The notes: generated by a model from the sequence alone, not told the origin. Positions 37,780 through 50,677 are shown, numbered from the stretch's first letter. The stretch is 64,000 nucleotides of DNA from Marsupella aquatica (GCA_973895155.1 OZ316893.1:6596963-6660962); one strand, 5' to 3'. A program made the numbers and translations.

Positions 37780-40700
37780 CTACAACTGCAAAACCTGCAA
37801 AGTAACACGGTGTCTTGAGAAACTCTCCAAAGGAATCACTTTGGTAAAAGCATCAGCGGGATTGAGCTTTCCATCAATCTTGACTAGCTCAAAAGTTTTA
37901 TCAGACATTGCTTGCCTGATAAAATGGTACTTGATATCAATGTGTTTCACCTTGCTATCCATCACCTGGTTAGCAGCCAAGTGAAGAGCACTCTGACTAT
38001 CACAGTTTAGAGTCATTTTGCCATGCTCTAAACCCATCTCCGCGATCAACTTGTCCAACCAAATTGCTTCCTTTGTTGCTTCTGTTGCTGCAACATACTC
38101 TGCTTCTGTAGTAGACTGAGATATACACTTCTGCAAGGTAGATTTCTAACTGATACATCCTCCTCCAAGAGTAAATACAAACCCAGTTGTAGACCTCCTT
38201 GTGTCCAAACAGCCTCCATAGTCAGAACCTACATAGTCAACTAACGTTCTATCTGATCTGGCATCAAATAGTAATCCATAGTCCTGTGTTCCATTCAGAT
38301 ACCCGAGAATCCATTTCACAGCTTCCCAATGTACCTTCCCTGGATTTGACATGAATCTGCTAACGTTGCCCATCGCTAGGGCCAAGTCAGGCCTAGTACA
38401 AGTCATCAAATACATCAGACTGCCTACTGCCTTCTCATAAGGAATCTTAGCCATCAGACCTTTCTCCACAGCATCCGTAGGAGAGAAAGCCGATGATAAC
38501 TTGAAATGTGAAGCTAAAGGAATACTCACTGGCTTACAGTTCTCCATGTTGAATCGTGCAAGTACTTTCCTCGTATACTGGACTTGACTCAAGCACAACT
38601 GTCGAGTATCAGAGTTCCTAAAAATCTCAATCCCTAAGATTCTCTTGGCCTTTCCAAGATCCTTCATCCTGAATTCAGCACTCAATTTTTCCTTGAGACT
38701 GTTAACCTCAGATTGATCTTTAGCCACAATCAGCATGTCATTCACATAGATCACCAGAATGATGAAACCAAATACATCATTCTTGACTGATTTTTTATAC
38801 ACACAAGGATCATACACCATCCTTGTAAAACCTTGAGCAAGCATGAAATCATCAAACCGCTTGTTCCACTGTCTGGGAGATTGCTTCAATCCATACAAGG
38901 ACTTGAGCAATCTGCAAACTAAGTTCTCTTGGCCCTTCTTCATAAAGCCTAGTGGTTGTCTCATGAAGATCAACTCTTCCAAGTTGTCATAGAGAAAAGC
39001 AGTAACAACATCCATCTGATCCATCACCAGACCAAAAAACACAACAAGCTGACACAAGATCCAAATTGTGGAATACTTAGCCACCGGTGAAAAGACCTCA
39101 TTGTAGTCCACTCCTTTCTCCTGAGTGAACCCCTTGGCAACAAGCCTTGCCTTGCAGATCTTTTCTCCACCCTCTGAAGGACTGTCCTTCAACTTATAAA
39201 TCCACTTGCTGTCCACCACTTGCTGACCTCTTGGAAGCTCCACCAGCTCCCATGTCTTGTTGTCACTCAAAGATTGCAACTCCCTCTGCACTACTGCATT
39301 CCACTCATGCTTCTGCTGTGAAGCACAAGCCTCGCTGTACGAAGAAGGCTCTCCTTCTTCCAAGATCAAAGTCATGTCATCATCATCAGGTGCAATGTCA
39401 ATATCATCTAGCTTAGATGAGTCTGCCCATTGACCATACCTAGTAGGAGCTCTAGTAGAACGACTGGAAGTTCTTCTAGTAGATGACTCAGGCTGATCTG
39501 TTGCTGCTGCTGGTTGAATTTGAGGTACCCCAGCAACAATCTGCTCCTCTTGTTCCATCATAGGAACCAGCTCCAAGCCCAGAGCTTCTCCATCTCTCCT
39601 ATCATGAACTGCATCATGACTAATCTCCCCCTCAACCCGGTCCGGGATGGGAGATTTCCCCTTGTCAGTATGGAAGTCCTGAGAACTTTCCCCCTCCTTT
39701 GATGATCTGGATTCATTAAAGGACACATCTCTACTGACAATTAGCTTACAGGTTACTGGATCCCATAACCTATAACCCTTCACACCTTTCTAATAGCCAA
39801 GAAAAATGCACTTCTTCGACTTGGACTCCAGCTTGGATCAAAGCTGGGAAGGTGTAAGCACATAAGCATCACATCCAAAAATCCTCAGATGTGAGTAATT
39901 TGCTGGACGCCCGTACCTCATTTCAAATGGCGTCTTGAATCCAATAGAACTGCATGGAGAAACATTTACCAAATAAGCTGCAGTGTTGACAGCTTCAGCC
40001 CAAAACTCATGTGGTAAGCATGATTGACTCAACATACTCCTCGAGTGGTCCAATAGTGTTTGGTTGAGTCTCTCAGAAATACCATTTTGCTGAGGAGCAT
40101 AACTTGTTGTGAGATGGCGGGTAATCCCCTGCTCCTTACAATACATTCCAAATTCCATGGAACTGTATTCATCGCCGTTATCCGATCGAAGATATCTCAC
40201 CTTATTACCAGTCTGATTCTCTACTTGGGCTTTCCACTCCTTAAAAGTGGCAAAAACATCAAACTTATTGTGTAGAAAGTATATCCACACATACCTTGAG
40301 TAATCGTCTATGAACGTGACATAGTATAACCGTCCAGAATGTGAGGGAGTAGGGGTTAGACCCCACACATCACTATGTACATACTCAAGTACCTCCTTGC
40401 TGGTGTGAGTTCCAACTTTGAAGGGTTTCATGTGCTGCTTCCCTAGCACACAGTGCTCACAAAATTCTAACTTACAAGATTGCAAATTATAATGTAATCC
40501 TTTCTTCTGAAGAATAGCCAAACTTTTTTCACTCATGTGGCCCAAACGGAAGTGCCACAGCCGGGCCGTCTCCTCATGAGATAAGGTTACATTGGCTTCA
40601 TCACAGACTACACTGCTCTCCAAAATGTATAGATTGCTATGTCTCTTTCCCTTCAATACAACTTTAGTACCAGTTGAAACCTGAAGGACACCATTAGCAG

Positions 40701-42054
40701 AGCTCCACTGATGGCCATTTGCTTCTAAAACTCCAAGTGAAATGAGATATTTTATCATGCTGGGAATATGTCTCACATTCCTCAACGTTCTCACATCACC
40801 ATCAAACATCTGAAATCTTACAGATCCAAGTTCAACAACTTGACATGGGATTCCATTTCCCATCAACACTAACCCGTTAGAAACCGTGTAAGAACTGAAA
40901 AAATCTCTTCTAGAGCAAATGTGAAAAGTACATGCACTATCTAGAATCCAGTCATCACTACCTGGATTTGACACTACGTTGAGAGCATAACCTTGACATC
41001 AAAATATGTCATCATCATCGAGTAAATCTACCTCATGCAAGCTCGATGCCGCGTTAGCAGAGGCAGTAGGGACCTTTACTCGACAATCCCTTTTCATGTG
41101 GCCAGGCTTGCCATAATTCCAACATGCAAGAGGCTTCCTCTCTTGCGATTTCCCTCTGGATTTAGATCTCCCCCGTGATGTAGATCTAAACCTATTCTGC
41201 CCATTCATGCGCTGCGCTGCTCTTCCCCTGTTCACATTGAGCACAATGCCAGAAGAAGATGTTGTCTATGATTGACCCAACTTCTTTTGAGCATCATCAG
41301 ACAGTAATGAGCTCACCACCTCATTATACGAAATGGACTTCAGATCTCTATACAAGAGCACCTGTTTCAAGCCCTGATATGATGGCAATAAGGAGCTTAG
41401 CAGAAGCAAGGCCTTATCCTCATCTTCAACTCATTTTCCCAAGTTTGACAGATCCACCGCTAGACTGTCAAACTCATCCAGGTGATCCTGCATCTTGCTC
41501 CCTTCCTTGAGCCTGAGGCTCATCAAGAGAGACTTCTTGTATAGCCGGTCTGACACATCTTCCCGGTAGTACTTCTCTCTTAGAGCCTTGAATAGTGACG
41601 CGCAATTCACATAATCATCCAGTTGCTTGATGATGTGCGGCTTGAGATATAGCATCACTGCATTGACAACAATCACCTGCTCCTATCTCCACTGCTTCAC
41701 ATAAATCTCCTCCTCTCCATCATACTACTCTCGCGATGAAAGCAAATGAGCTAAGCCCATGGCCCGTAGAACACCCTTCACTTGCTTCTCCCATAGCAAG
41801 TAGTCAGTACGACCATTGTACGTCTCCACCTCAAACTTCACTCCTCCAAATCTAGCCATCTCCCTCTTCTTCCCAACTACCGACAGCTCTGGTAGTAGTA
41901 CAGCTTCCTCCACTGCACGCCGCACCGGTGATCGTACCGGTGTTACAAGTTCGTCCTCGAACGGTAGCAACTCCTTCTCAGACTCTTCGTTTGATGGTCG
42001 CGATCCTGAAGCTCCACCGATGCCAATTCTTCCAGTATCCTCCGAGTCACTCAT
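37780..42054 (-). pseudogene. gag-pol polyprotein of copia element 2; one frame, eight internal stop codons
   Basis: All listed ORF pieces (41725-42054, 41431-41676, 40999-41244, 39838-40974, 38146-39783, 37780-38136) are in one frame (4275 nt). Motifs: CWNYGKPGHMKRDC (damaged knuckle), WILDSAC, LWHFRLGH..CEHC, YVHSDVWG..RSDNG..ISER, KARLVAKGF, LYGLKQS, YVND (YVDD mutated), STTEAEY..KHID..NPADAFTK. Confidence 0.93.
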
Positions 42055-44511
42055 GTGAAATAATCACAAAAAAACGTCTTTTTTCGAAAGTTCTCATAAA
42101 ACTCAAAACTCAACACCGCCACGTAGCCCACGAAGCTAGGAGTTCAATATTGAAAGCCAAAATCAAAATTTGACAAAAAAGTTATTCAAATTTCGGTCGG
42201 GGTGGGTAAAACCTTGGGAAACTCCCCCGTTTTGACCACCTCGGGGAATAACCAAAATACCCAGTATAACCCGTCGTTGGAATCGCGATGTGATTGGTGC
42301 ACCGCGTTACTAACTCCCGCACAGTCCGACAGGTCTCACAGGGGGCCGTTCCCCCTGTCGGAGCGGTTAAAACGAAAGGTCCCAGGGCCTGGGACAGCCA
42401 ATAGAAGAGCCGGGAAGAAAAAGACAAAACTTGGCCCTTAAAAGGGGGTGTTAAGCCCCTTTGAACAAATAATGTGAATAAGGGCCGGGACTGGGCTGGT
42501 GTACGCGCGGGGGCATATAGGCGACCGTATGCTGCCAAGTACAGGCAATAAGTATGGCGCGGGCTGGCAAAATGCTCGCACCTCGAGTTGGGGTCCGGGA
42601 GGGGCGAACAAACAAGGTCGGGGCGTGTTAAGGGCCTTCGAGGCCCGTAACAAGGCTGGCGCCCGATGGGGTCGGTGTACGTACAAAGGGCGAGGGGCGA
42701 CCGACGACTCAGCCCGGGCGCGAACGGGGACGAGGTGGCGTGGAGGGTAAAAAAATCACACTACAGTAACCTAAAAAACAATTTGCCACTTAAGTGTGAA
42801 AATCCCAGGTTACACACCTTAATTGTCACACTTTTCAACAAGAAAAGTGAACGCCGCCGACGGGAAAAGTGGCCAAATTTCACCGGCACCGTCTACAACT
42901 CCAGCACTGTAAAAGCTTCCACCACAAAGCCTTCACTCCGCGTCAAGTGCCAATCCCGGGCTCAAAACAACCGCCTTGCCGCGATCAAACCGTTGAGCCG
43001 CAACACTTTGCGGTTCTTCCGCCGAGTCGTACGTCACGAAGAGAAACCCGGTTCAGATGTGAACAAGCTCCATAGCTTGTGAAAAAACCTGAACGCCTTC
43101 GTCACTCGTCACGTCGCACTTGGAGTCGCGGAACTCGACTACCTTAACACTTAGCTCTGACGTTGTTGACTTCGACGCCGAGCTCCCTTATGGTCCAGGC
43201 CCGGATAGGCCATCCGAGGAGGACTTAGCATGGGGAGACTTGTGGGCAACGAGACGTGGCACTAGCGAGGCAAGGGGCCAAGCTGGGGACACACACTAAG
43301 GACTTGAACTAGCCTATGGCTGGTTGGGTCAAGGGGAAATGGGCTGGGCTCAAGGGTGGCCGTCCGGACCATCGGATGGGCTTTGAATTCTGAGGGCTTG
43401 GGGGTGAGCTCCTCTTGGGCCCGAGGCCAATGGAGTTGATGCCATTGGCAACGGACGCTTGGGGCGCAAGTTGTGGCCCGAGCCGGGTTGGGCCGGTCGG
43501 GGGCCCCGAGCGGCAATCAGACCTGAGGGCCTAGGCATGAGCACTGGGTCGGCCCGGTCACAACGGGCTGAGGCACTCCGCTTGCAGATGCCTATCAAGA
43601 AAGTTATGGGCGTTGCCAGTTGGTGGCGCGCCCATTATGCGCGATGGGATCCGGGTTGGGGGCCAAATGTTTAGGGACCAAAGCTGGTCCGGGGGTGGCA
43701 GGTCTCCAGAAGCATATATGAGGGGAGTGGTGTCTCACTGGGGGCTAAGGGCGAGCCGAAGTCGTGAGCCGCGGCAGTCGCGACACTAAGGGAAACCGCC
43801 AAATGGAAATGGCGATATCTTCCCAACGGGAAGTCCGTTGGAGGACTTCTTAGGTGCGTTGGAAAGCTCTAGAGGAGGGCTACGCCCTCCTGAGCTCAGC
43901 TGGGTCTAGAGGTGCCATGGGTTCTCGTGGTTTGCGGGTGTTAGCTCGCCCGTGTACCAAATCCTGCCGAACAGCAGCCAAGCCGCGTTCAGTCTCCCAA
44001 GGGAGTTTGCGTTGGGGAGGCAAGGCCAAGTAGGTAGGGAGGCTGAGTCCCAAGAGCACTCGGTCCCTAGACCATCAGTGGGGCAAACCGAGAGTCGGTG
44101 TTAGAGTCGGGGCCGTTCTGGTCCCGGCGTGTTGCGACAAGCTTGGGACAAGCTTTAGGACAAGCTACGCTATTTGGGCCATGAGCATGTCCTGAGGTCA
44201 GGGCGGTTCTAGTTGGTTCTAGTGTGCGATCCCTCCCGCACCGCACAGCTCGCACCGTTGAAAAAACGTGAACTCTGGTCTCTCCCCCGAAATATCGTCG
44301 AACACGAATAAACCCTGAACGACGCAAACTTCAATTCCTCCGCACCACGGATACCGATCAGCGAGTTCTAACCACCATTAGAAAGCCTTCTCACTAACCT
44401 ATCTGCTCAGCCACACACATTCGAGTTTCATGCGACGAAACTCCGAATGTCCCATCGACAATGAACGCTGGAAAAACCTGTCACGAAAAAACCTCGTTAC
44501 CTCCCAGGCAT

Positions 44512-44523
44512 GCTCTGATACCA
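44512..44523 (-). promoter_or_regulatory. PBS complementary to the 3' end of tRNA-iMet
   Basis: Minus strand TGGTATCAGAGC, 2 nt after the 5' LTR. Confidence 0.93.
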
Positions 44524-44525
44524 CT

Positions 44526-44869
44526 TGTTGAGCATAGACGACATTCGTAACGGCAAGCCCATGAACCATCCAACGCACAAGAGTCGACAGAGAGAGATAC
44601 GTGGTTCACCTCCACATGAGGCTACGTCCACAGGAACACACAAGAGCTTTACTGCACTCTAGGCCGACCGACCATACCAAGCATCCACAACACAAGCTCT
44701 CCCTATCTCTCAACTAGCTCCGTAACAATGAGCCTAAGTTCCACCAGGGTCTGGCATGAGCCTTGGCTTTATGCACAACAACACTACCACTAACATTAGC
44801 TAAGTCTTAACCCGAGTTAGACTAACTATGGTTAGTTCATGAGTCACAAGACTAGAGCAATATCTAACA
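44526..44869 (-). repeat. 5' LTR of copia element 2
   Basis: Direct repeat of 37229-37572. Confidence 0.95.
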
Positions 44870-44878
44870 AGTAGAGTA

Positions 44879-45400
44879 CATTGGGTACATGAAGTACAAA
44901 TTAAACACAACAACAACTTTTGTGTAAGCTACATATTTTTTGCAACAATGTATTTCTTGCAAATGATATCTTTTATGAAAACAATATTTTTTAGTTGATA
45001 TTTTACATAAACTCATCTTTACACAACTTTTGTAGAACCTCATCTTTTCTCATTGGGTACATGAAGTACAAGTTAAACACAACATCTTTTTGCGTAACAA
45101 CACATCTTTTGCAAGGATGAATTTCTTGCAAATGATATCTTTTATAAAACAATATCTTATTTGTTGATAACATTTTTACACAATGATATCTTTACACAAC
45201 TTTGTATAACCTCATCTTTTCTCATTGGGTATATGAAGTACAAGTTAACCACAGCAATATCTTTTGCGCAACAATATACTTTTGCAACAATGAATTTCTA
45301 GCAAATGACATCTTGTATGAAACAATATCTTTTTCATTGATAGCATTTTTTACACAATGACATCTTTACACAACTTTTGTGTAACCTCATCTTTTATTCA
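44879..45400. repeat. Tandem repeat, 172-bp unit x3
   Basis: CATTGGGTAyATGAAGTACAArTTAA recurs at 44879, 45051 and 45223. Confidence 0.9.
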
Positions 45401-46785
45401 AATGATATCTTGCTCGAAACAACATCCTGTCCGTAACCTACATGTTTTACTCATAGACATGTTTTGTGCAATATTGAGCTAGTAGCTCATAAAAACCACA
45501 GTGAACTAGGAAACCTTGAGTTCACCAGTTCACCAACCACAAGAACTCCTTCCAGGCGGCGAGGCAGGTGTTGTTCGTGGGACCCTGGGAGGGTCTACCA
45601 TCGACATCTAAGGTCCTAAGGAGAAGCCTACGGTAGGGACAAAGTTTCGTGCGAACTCGGGATTACTCGGTAAAGGTTAATATTCGGGTACTTTGCTATT
45701 GATTGCAGGGCACAAGAAAAGAATGGGCATAGTTCAGCAATATCAGAGGCGTGGGAATCGTTGCCACAGAGGCTCGCAAGGATTGCCGAATCGGAGCAAT
45801 CTACGTGTGCAGAGCCATAGGATCTTCAGCTCTTCAGAAAGGTTGCCGACGTGAGAAGCTCTGCATCGTCCATCTGGTAATGTTCGGTACTTCGGTATGA
45901 TTGCAGAGTTCTCTACGCCTTTTTTTTTCAATTTCTGGTTTGGAAAAGAAAAGGAAATCAAGCATGAGGAAATGCTGTCGAAGTTTTGGTTCCTATCATG
46001 AGCTTTATGAAACAACCGACAAATAATGCACGCTGTGCTATCGCGTAGTACGTGGAGAGGATGTTGGTTTCTTTGCTTTTAGTTTTTGGGAGTTCTGTGG
46101 GCCTTGTCGAGGCGGGTGGACTAGGAAAGGATCTGAGCAGGTTGAAGGTACATTCAGAGAAGCTCAGAATCATCCCTCTCCTTCAAAAGGGAAACCATGA
46201 GAAAAACAGAGAAAGAAGAAGGGCCCCGACTAAATGCGTTGGAGCTCCAGCGTCCTTCAGTATCACATCGTTCCATCCTTCTGTGTGTGCCGGCGGCGCG
46301 AACATTGCTCGGTTGCTCCAGTTCTCTGCTACTGGAGGATTCATTCCGTTTGTTTAAATTATTTTTAAGACTTCATTATTGTCGACCTTCTGCGACCTTC
46401 CGGCGGCTAAATGTGTGGAATTTAGGAAACTGACATCCTAGAGCTTCTTGTTATTTTGCTTTGTTTTGTGGGGAGTACTGTAGGCCTTGTTTATTTAGGC
46501 CTTTCGACTGGGAAAACAGCTGAGCAGGTTGAGCACGTGCATTAAGAGAAGTTCAGAATCATGCCTCAGTCCCTCCCCAGCCCCCTCCAGTATCCCCTCT
46601 TCCTAACCTTCTGTGTGGCTGCTGCGCTAACATTGCTCGGTTGCTCTAGTTCGCTGGTAATGGAGGATTGACCTTCTGGAACCTTCCTAGCGGCTTGTTA
46701 TTGTTGAAGGTTTATTATTTTTTACTTCTGGGACCGTTATGGTAACTTATGGACTGAATTTCGGATTGATAAAATGACAATGCAC

Positions 46786-46812
46786 TTATTATTATTATTA
46801 TTATTATTATTA
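46786..46812. repeat. (TTA)n microsatellite
   Basis: Directly visible, about 9 units. Confidence 0.9.
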
Positions 46813-49149
46813 AATTTTTTTTGAGGGGAATGAGCCCCGAAACTTTATTCCACAAAGGGCCCGTGGGCACAAAACAAGAAAAACCAGGGAAACCCCAAAA
46901 AAACTGCCTGAAGGAAGGAGGCAGAGAAAAAAGAAGCAAGTATTATTGGGTGTGACACAAACTTGAAAGTACTACTTGGAGACTTGGGAACAAGTAGTTA
47001 TAGGTTACGAGCCCTGTGCCCGTGCATTGCACGGTGCAAGGAGGGCCGGCCTATAGGGAGTCGAGTTGGGGCATTTATGCGGTAGCGGGAATAACATATG
47101 TGTTAAGGATGCACATTTTTTTCATCAATGGTTAGGGAAAACAGCCAATTAAATTCAAAGATTATGGATCTTTCCCGCCCAGGAGTTTTTTGTATTGAGA
47201 CAAAGAACAAAAAAAGACGGATCCCTTACAGTAGTTGTAGATAGATGACACTAAGGGGGAATGGATACATCTTGCTCTGCAATAGAGCTCCAAGTAGTTT
47301 TTATAGGTCCAATTTCAAGTCAGGAATCTGAGTTGAGGTGATTAGTGCACAAAATGGATTGCGGCAGAATTTACAACAATTATAAAACTTCAATCCACAA
47401 AAATTGATGACATCAATTTTAAAAACAAGTAAACAAAGAGTATGGTTCTCCAAACTGTAATTACTCCTGTGATTTATAAAGTTGAGGATTTATTAATGTT
47501 GACCTTCTGGGACCTTCCTGGCTGCTTATGGAGGGAAATCTGGTAAACTAACTTTAGTAGAACTTCAATCATGGGAGAGTTTCCACGCCAATATTGATAT
47601 GATTATTACTTTTCGTATTTCCTATAAGGTAAATCACTGTTTCAGTTCCCAGCTCCAATTTATTTTGGTGATTATTTTAATTTTAATTTGGGCCTCCGAT
47701 AGTTGGCTTTCCTTGTTATCTTTTCTATCTGCAAATTACTTGAACCCCCATATATATTACATTATTGTTTCAATGTAGAAATTGATTGAACCCTTTTAAG
47801 TTCATTTCTTTCTCTGCCACCTTGTGGCTGCCCTTAATTGAAGGGAAGGGAAAAACTATTTTGTGCCCCATTTGAAGTCGCGACCTCAAAGTCCACACTG
47901 GACTCTTTTACCATTGGGTCACATAGATATAATGTGCAGACCACTTACCTTATATTACATTTAAAATAAAAATCATTCTGAAATTCCCATGACTCACAAG
48001 CCACAATCTCCTGTGGGCCCGCGCCTCCTTGTCCCAGGCACAGACTTTGAGATGTTTTTATGTGCTTCAATTCCCATGCTCGCCATGATTGCAAGTTTTA
48101 AAGTTAATTTATATCTCCATTATCTTATGCAAATTTTGTATTTTAAAAAATTTAGAAATGATAATATATCTCAGTTTTTATATATATTTTCAATAAGTTA
48201 AAATAATCAAGCACTAGATTGATGTAGCTATAAAGAACATGTAAACATCTTGCCCTTTTATTATTTTAAAGGAAGGAAACCCCGCCAAATTGGAGCCACT
48301 CTGCAGGGCCATAGCATTTGGGCCTGAAAAAACGTCAACCTTATATATCAAAGAGTTAAACTTCTATTTTAGAGACCCATACTCTTTGAAAGATTTTTTC
48401 CTTGAAAAACTTTCTGTCATCAATTTATGTCAAGTGAGTTTTCATAATCATTGGAAGATCACCTCAGCTCAGATTATTGTCATATTTGAATGATTACTGA
48501 ACACAAAATTTAGCCCATCATTTGGAGGCCTGGAAATGAGCAAATGAAAGCCCTCATCACCGCCGCCCAGACCGAGTAAGCAATGTTGACTGAAGTAGAC
48601 ACAAGGTGCCGCAGAGAATAAGTCAAAGTCTGAACTCTACCAGTGGTACAATGATGCACCAGGGTGTGGGATTCTTCCCTTGGGGCATCCCCAAACCTTG
48701 GTAGTGTGAGGAGCTTGGTTGGACAACTTTTAGTCTCATGGCCATCAATAATGGTGGTCAAGTGGTGGTGGACACAGGTGTGACCCTTACAACTTGCCCA
48801 AGGCAACAATTTTGCCAAGCCCGGCCCCTTTTGAAAGACCACACAGTATAGATTCTCTCATCCACAAAGTTATCGTACTGCCAAGTCCCAATTGCATGGG
48901 GACCAAATCAACCTAATTTCCAAGTTTTATTTCTTTCCCTTTTTGGCCCATGTGCGAATGTTACTAGCCTAATTTTCAAGCTTTTTGATTTTACCGTGGC
49001 CCTGTGCAAATGTTACCTTGTGTGAAGGAGAAGATGCTAAGAACATCTTTATATAATTTTGGACTGTGAAATCCCCTGACATGTGAGGATAACCGTCAGA
49101 TTGTGTTGGAACTGGCTCGGGAACTGGCTAAATAATGGAAGCTACAAAC

Positions 49150-49340
49150 CCAGCCAACTTTTGTCAATTGGCCAGGGATGAGTGTGAACTGAAAGGTCCC
49201 AGGTTCAATATATCCTCCCTCCACACGCAGGGGTGTGGAGGGTATATGTGTGTGGGTGGGATGGGTTTTGTGGGTAGTGGATGTTATCTACTTGGCCCTT
49301 GGTTGGACACTTTGTGGCCCGGTTTTACGGATCCATGGGG
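49150..49340 (+). mobile_element. tRNA-derived SINE-like element, degenerate copy
   Basis: B-box-like GGTTCAAT at ~49202, then GGGGTGTGGAGGGTAT and a GT-rich tract; matches the reverse complement of ~59350-59535. Confidence 0.6.
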
Positions 49341-49896
49341 GCTCACCCTGAAATGGATTCCCTGCAATGAATGTATGCCACTATTGGGGTCGGCTGTGAC
49401 TACTGTCTTCCCCCAAACACAGTGCCCTGGTATTGTGTTCAAAAGTTGAATTTTTAGGGTCCTTATACAAAAAAGCAACTTTTCTTTGAACACAGCGTCA
49501 CTTTTACACAATGTCGGGGCGCTGTGTTTGGGGATGTCATTGTGTTCAAAGTTGGGCACTATGTTTGAGTGAGGATCTGCTTTTGTGTCTTCCTCTTACA
49601 ATAAAGTGTTCGAAGTTGTAGCAATGTTGCCAACAGCAATATGGCCCAGACTTACTGGATTAAAATGGCACTTGGCAACTTTATATACTGTCTTGGGCAA
49701 ATCATTACATCCATGTGCAATTGCACTCGGGCAGAAATTAAAAAAAGGATCCTCAGTCTAAACTCTTATTCTAACTTATCTCCTGCAAAGCAGTTCACCA
49801 AATTTGTGACAGTCAGATTTCCTTTAATTTGGCAATAGGACGTTGATTCTCCTGGCTTTCTTGGCTGGCTGTGGTGATGGAGAGATCTCTGTGAGG

Positions 49897-50475
49897 CTAT
49901 TCAAAAGGAACAAATCGAGATCTTCTAATGATGGGTACCGTCTTCCTCACACAGAGACATGCATTGACCCAATCAAAGCTCAAGAACTTCACTCTCCCAC
50001 TCTAGTACTAAAAGTCCACAGTCCCCCATTCATACTTTGCCAAAATAGTTTGCCAATTCTTGGCAATCACATGCGTTGTCATTGAACTAAACCGGTAACA
50101 AATCGAACCTCCACACTGGACAAATCTTTGCTTCAATAAATCAAATTGGCCTGGGCTGAATTTGTCAGGAATCACTAGTGCATATATGCCCTCAAATGCG
50201 TCTCTTGTCTTGTCAAATGCACGAGCCAGTGCATCCATCTCAGCTTGGATGTCCATCTCAGCCTTTGGGTCCAGCTGAGTGAAATTTGCCTCCATCTCAG
50301 CATCCGGCTCCAGCTTAGTGTTTGCCTCAATCTCAATCTCAATCTCAGGAATACACTCAATGTCTGCAACCAATGACTGAGCTATGTTTGCCGCGGACTC
50401 CATCTCTGCGAGCTCATCAATCTGTGTGTTCTTAGTCTTCTCTGCCATCGCCACCAGCATATAAGCACCTTGCAT
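49897..50475 (-). pseudogene. BRCT-domain protein fragment with in-frame stops
   Basis: ORF 50008-50475 gives FEGIYALV..LLKQRFVQCGG..FSSMTTHVIA. Reading through TAG (50008-50010) and TAG (50002-50004) gives SGRVKFLSFDWVNACLCVRKTV, i.e. the W-x-x-x-C/S helix that ends a BRCT domain. Confidence 0.6.
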
Positions 50476-50677
50476 CTGGCCATTGATTTGGGTGAGTAAG
50501 TAGCTAAAACTTTTTAAAACCTCTTTGTATCATTTGCAACTCGATTTGCAAGCCCTTTGCCCAATAGCAAATGTGTCAAAATTTGCAAAGGAGGGACACT
50601 GACTATTTAAAGTTTTTTGCCCATAAAATATTCCACCTAGTTAATTCTGTTAAGATTTGTTTTTTTGGGTAAATGAT

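Larger units (their letters stand above)
37229..44869 (-). mobile_element. Full-length Ty1/copia LTR retrotransposon (Tnt1/Tork-like), decayed, 7641 bp
   Basis: 344-bp TG..CA LTRs (37229-37572, 44526-44869) with about 19 mismatches by eye; TSD AGTAG at 37224-37228 and 44870-44874; PBS TGGTATCAGAGC; PPT AAGGGGGAG; gag-PR-IN-RT-RH order. Confidence 0.96.

Noticed and set aside
48740-48815. NGGQVVVDTGVTLT, resembling an aspartic-protease D(T/S)G motif
   Set aside because: Isolated short match amid stops; no first catalytic motif or exon context found.
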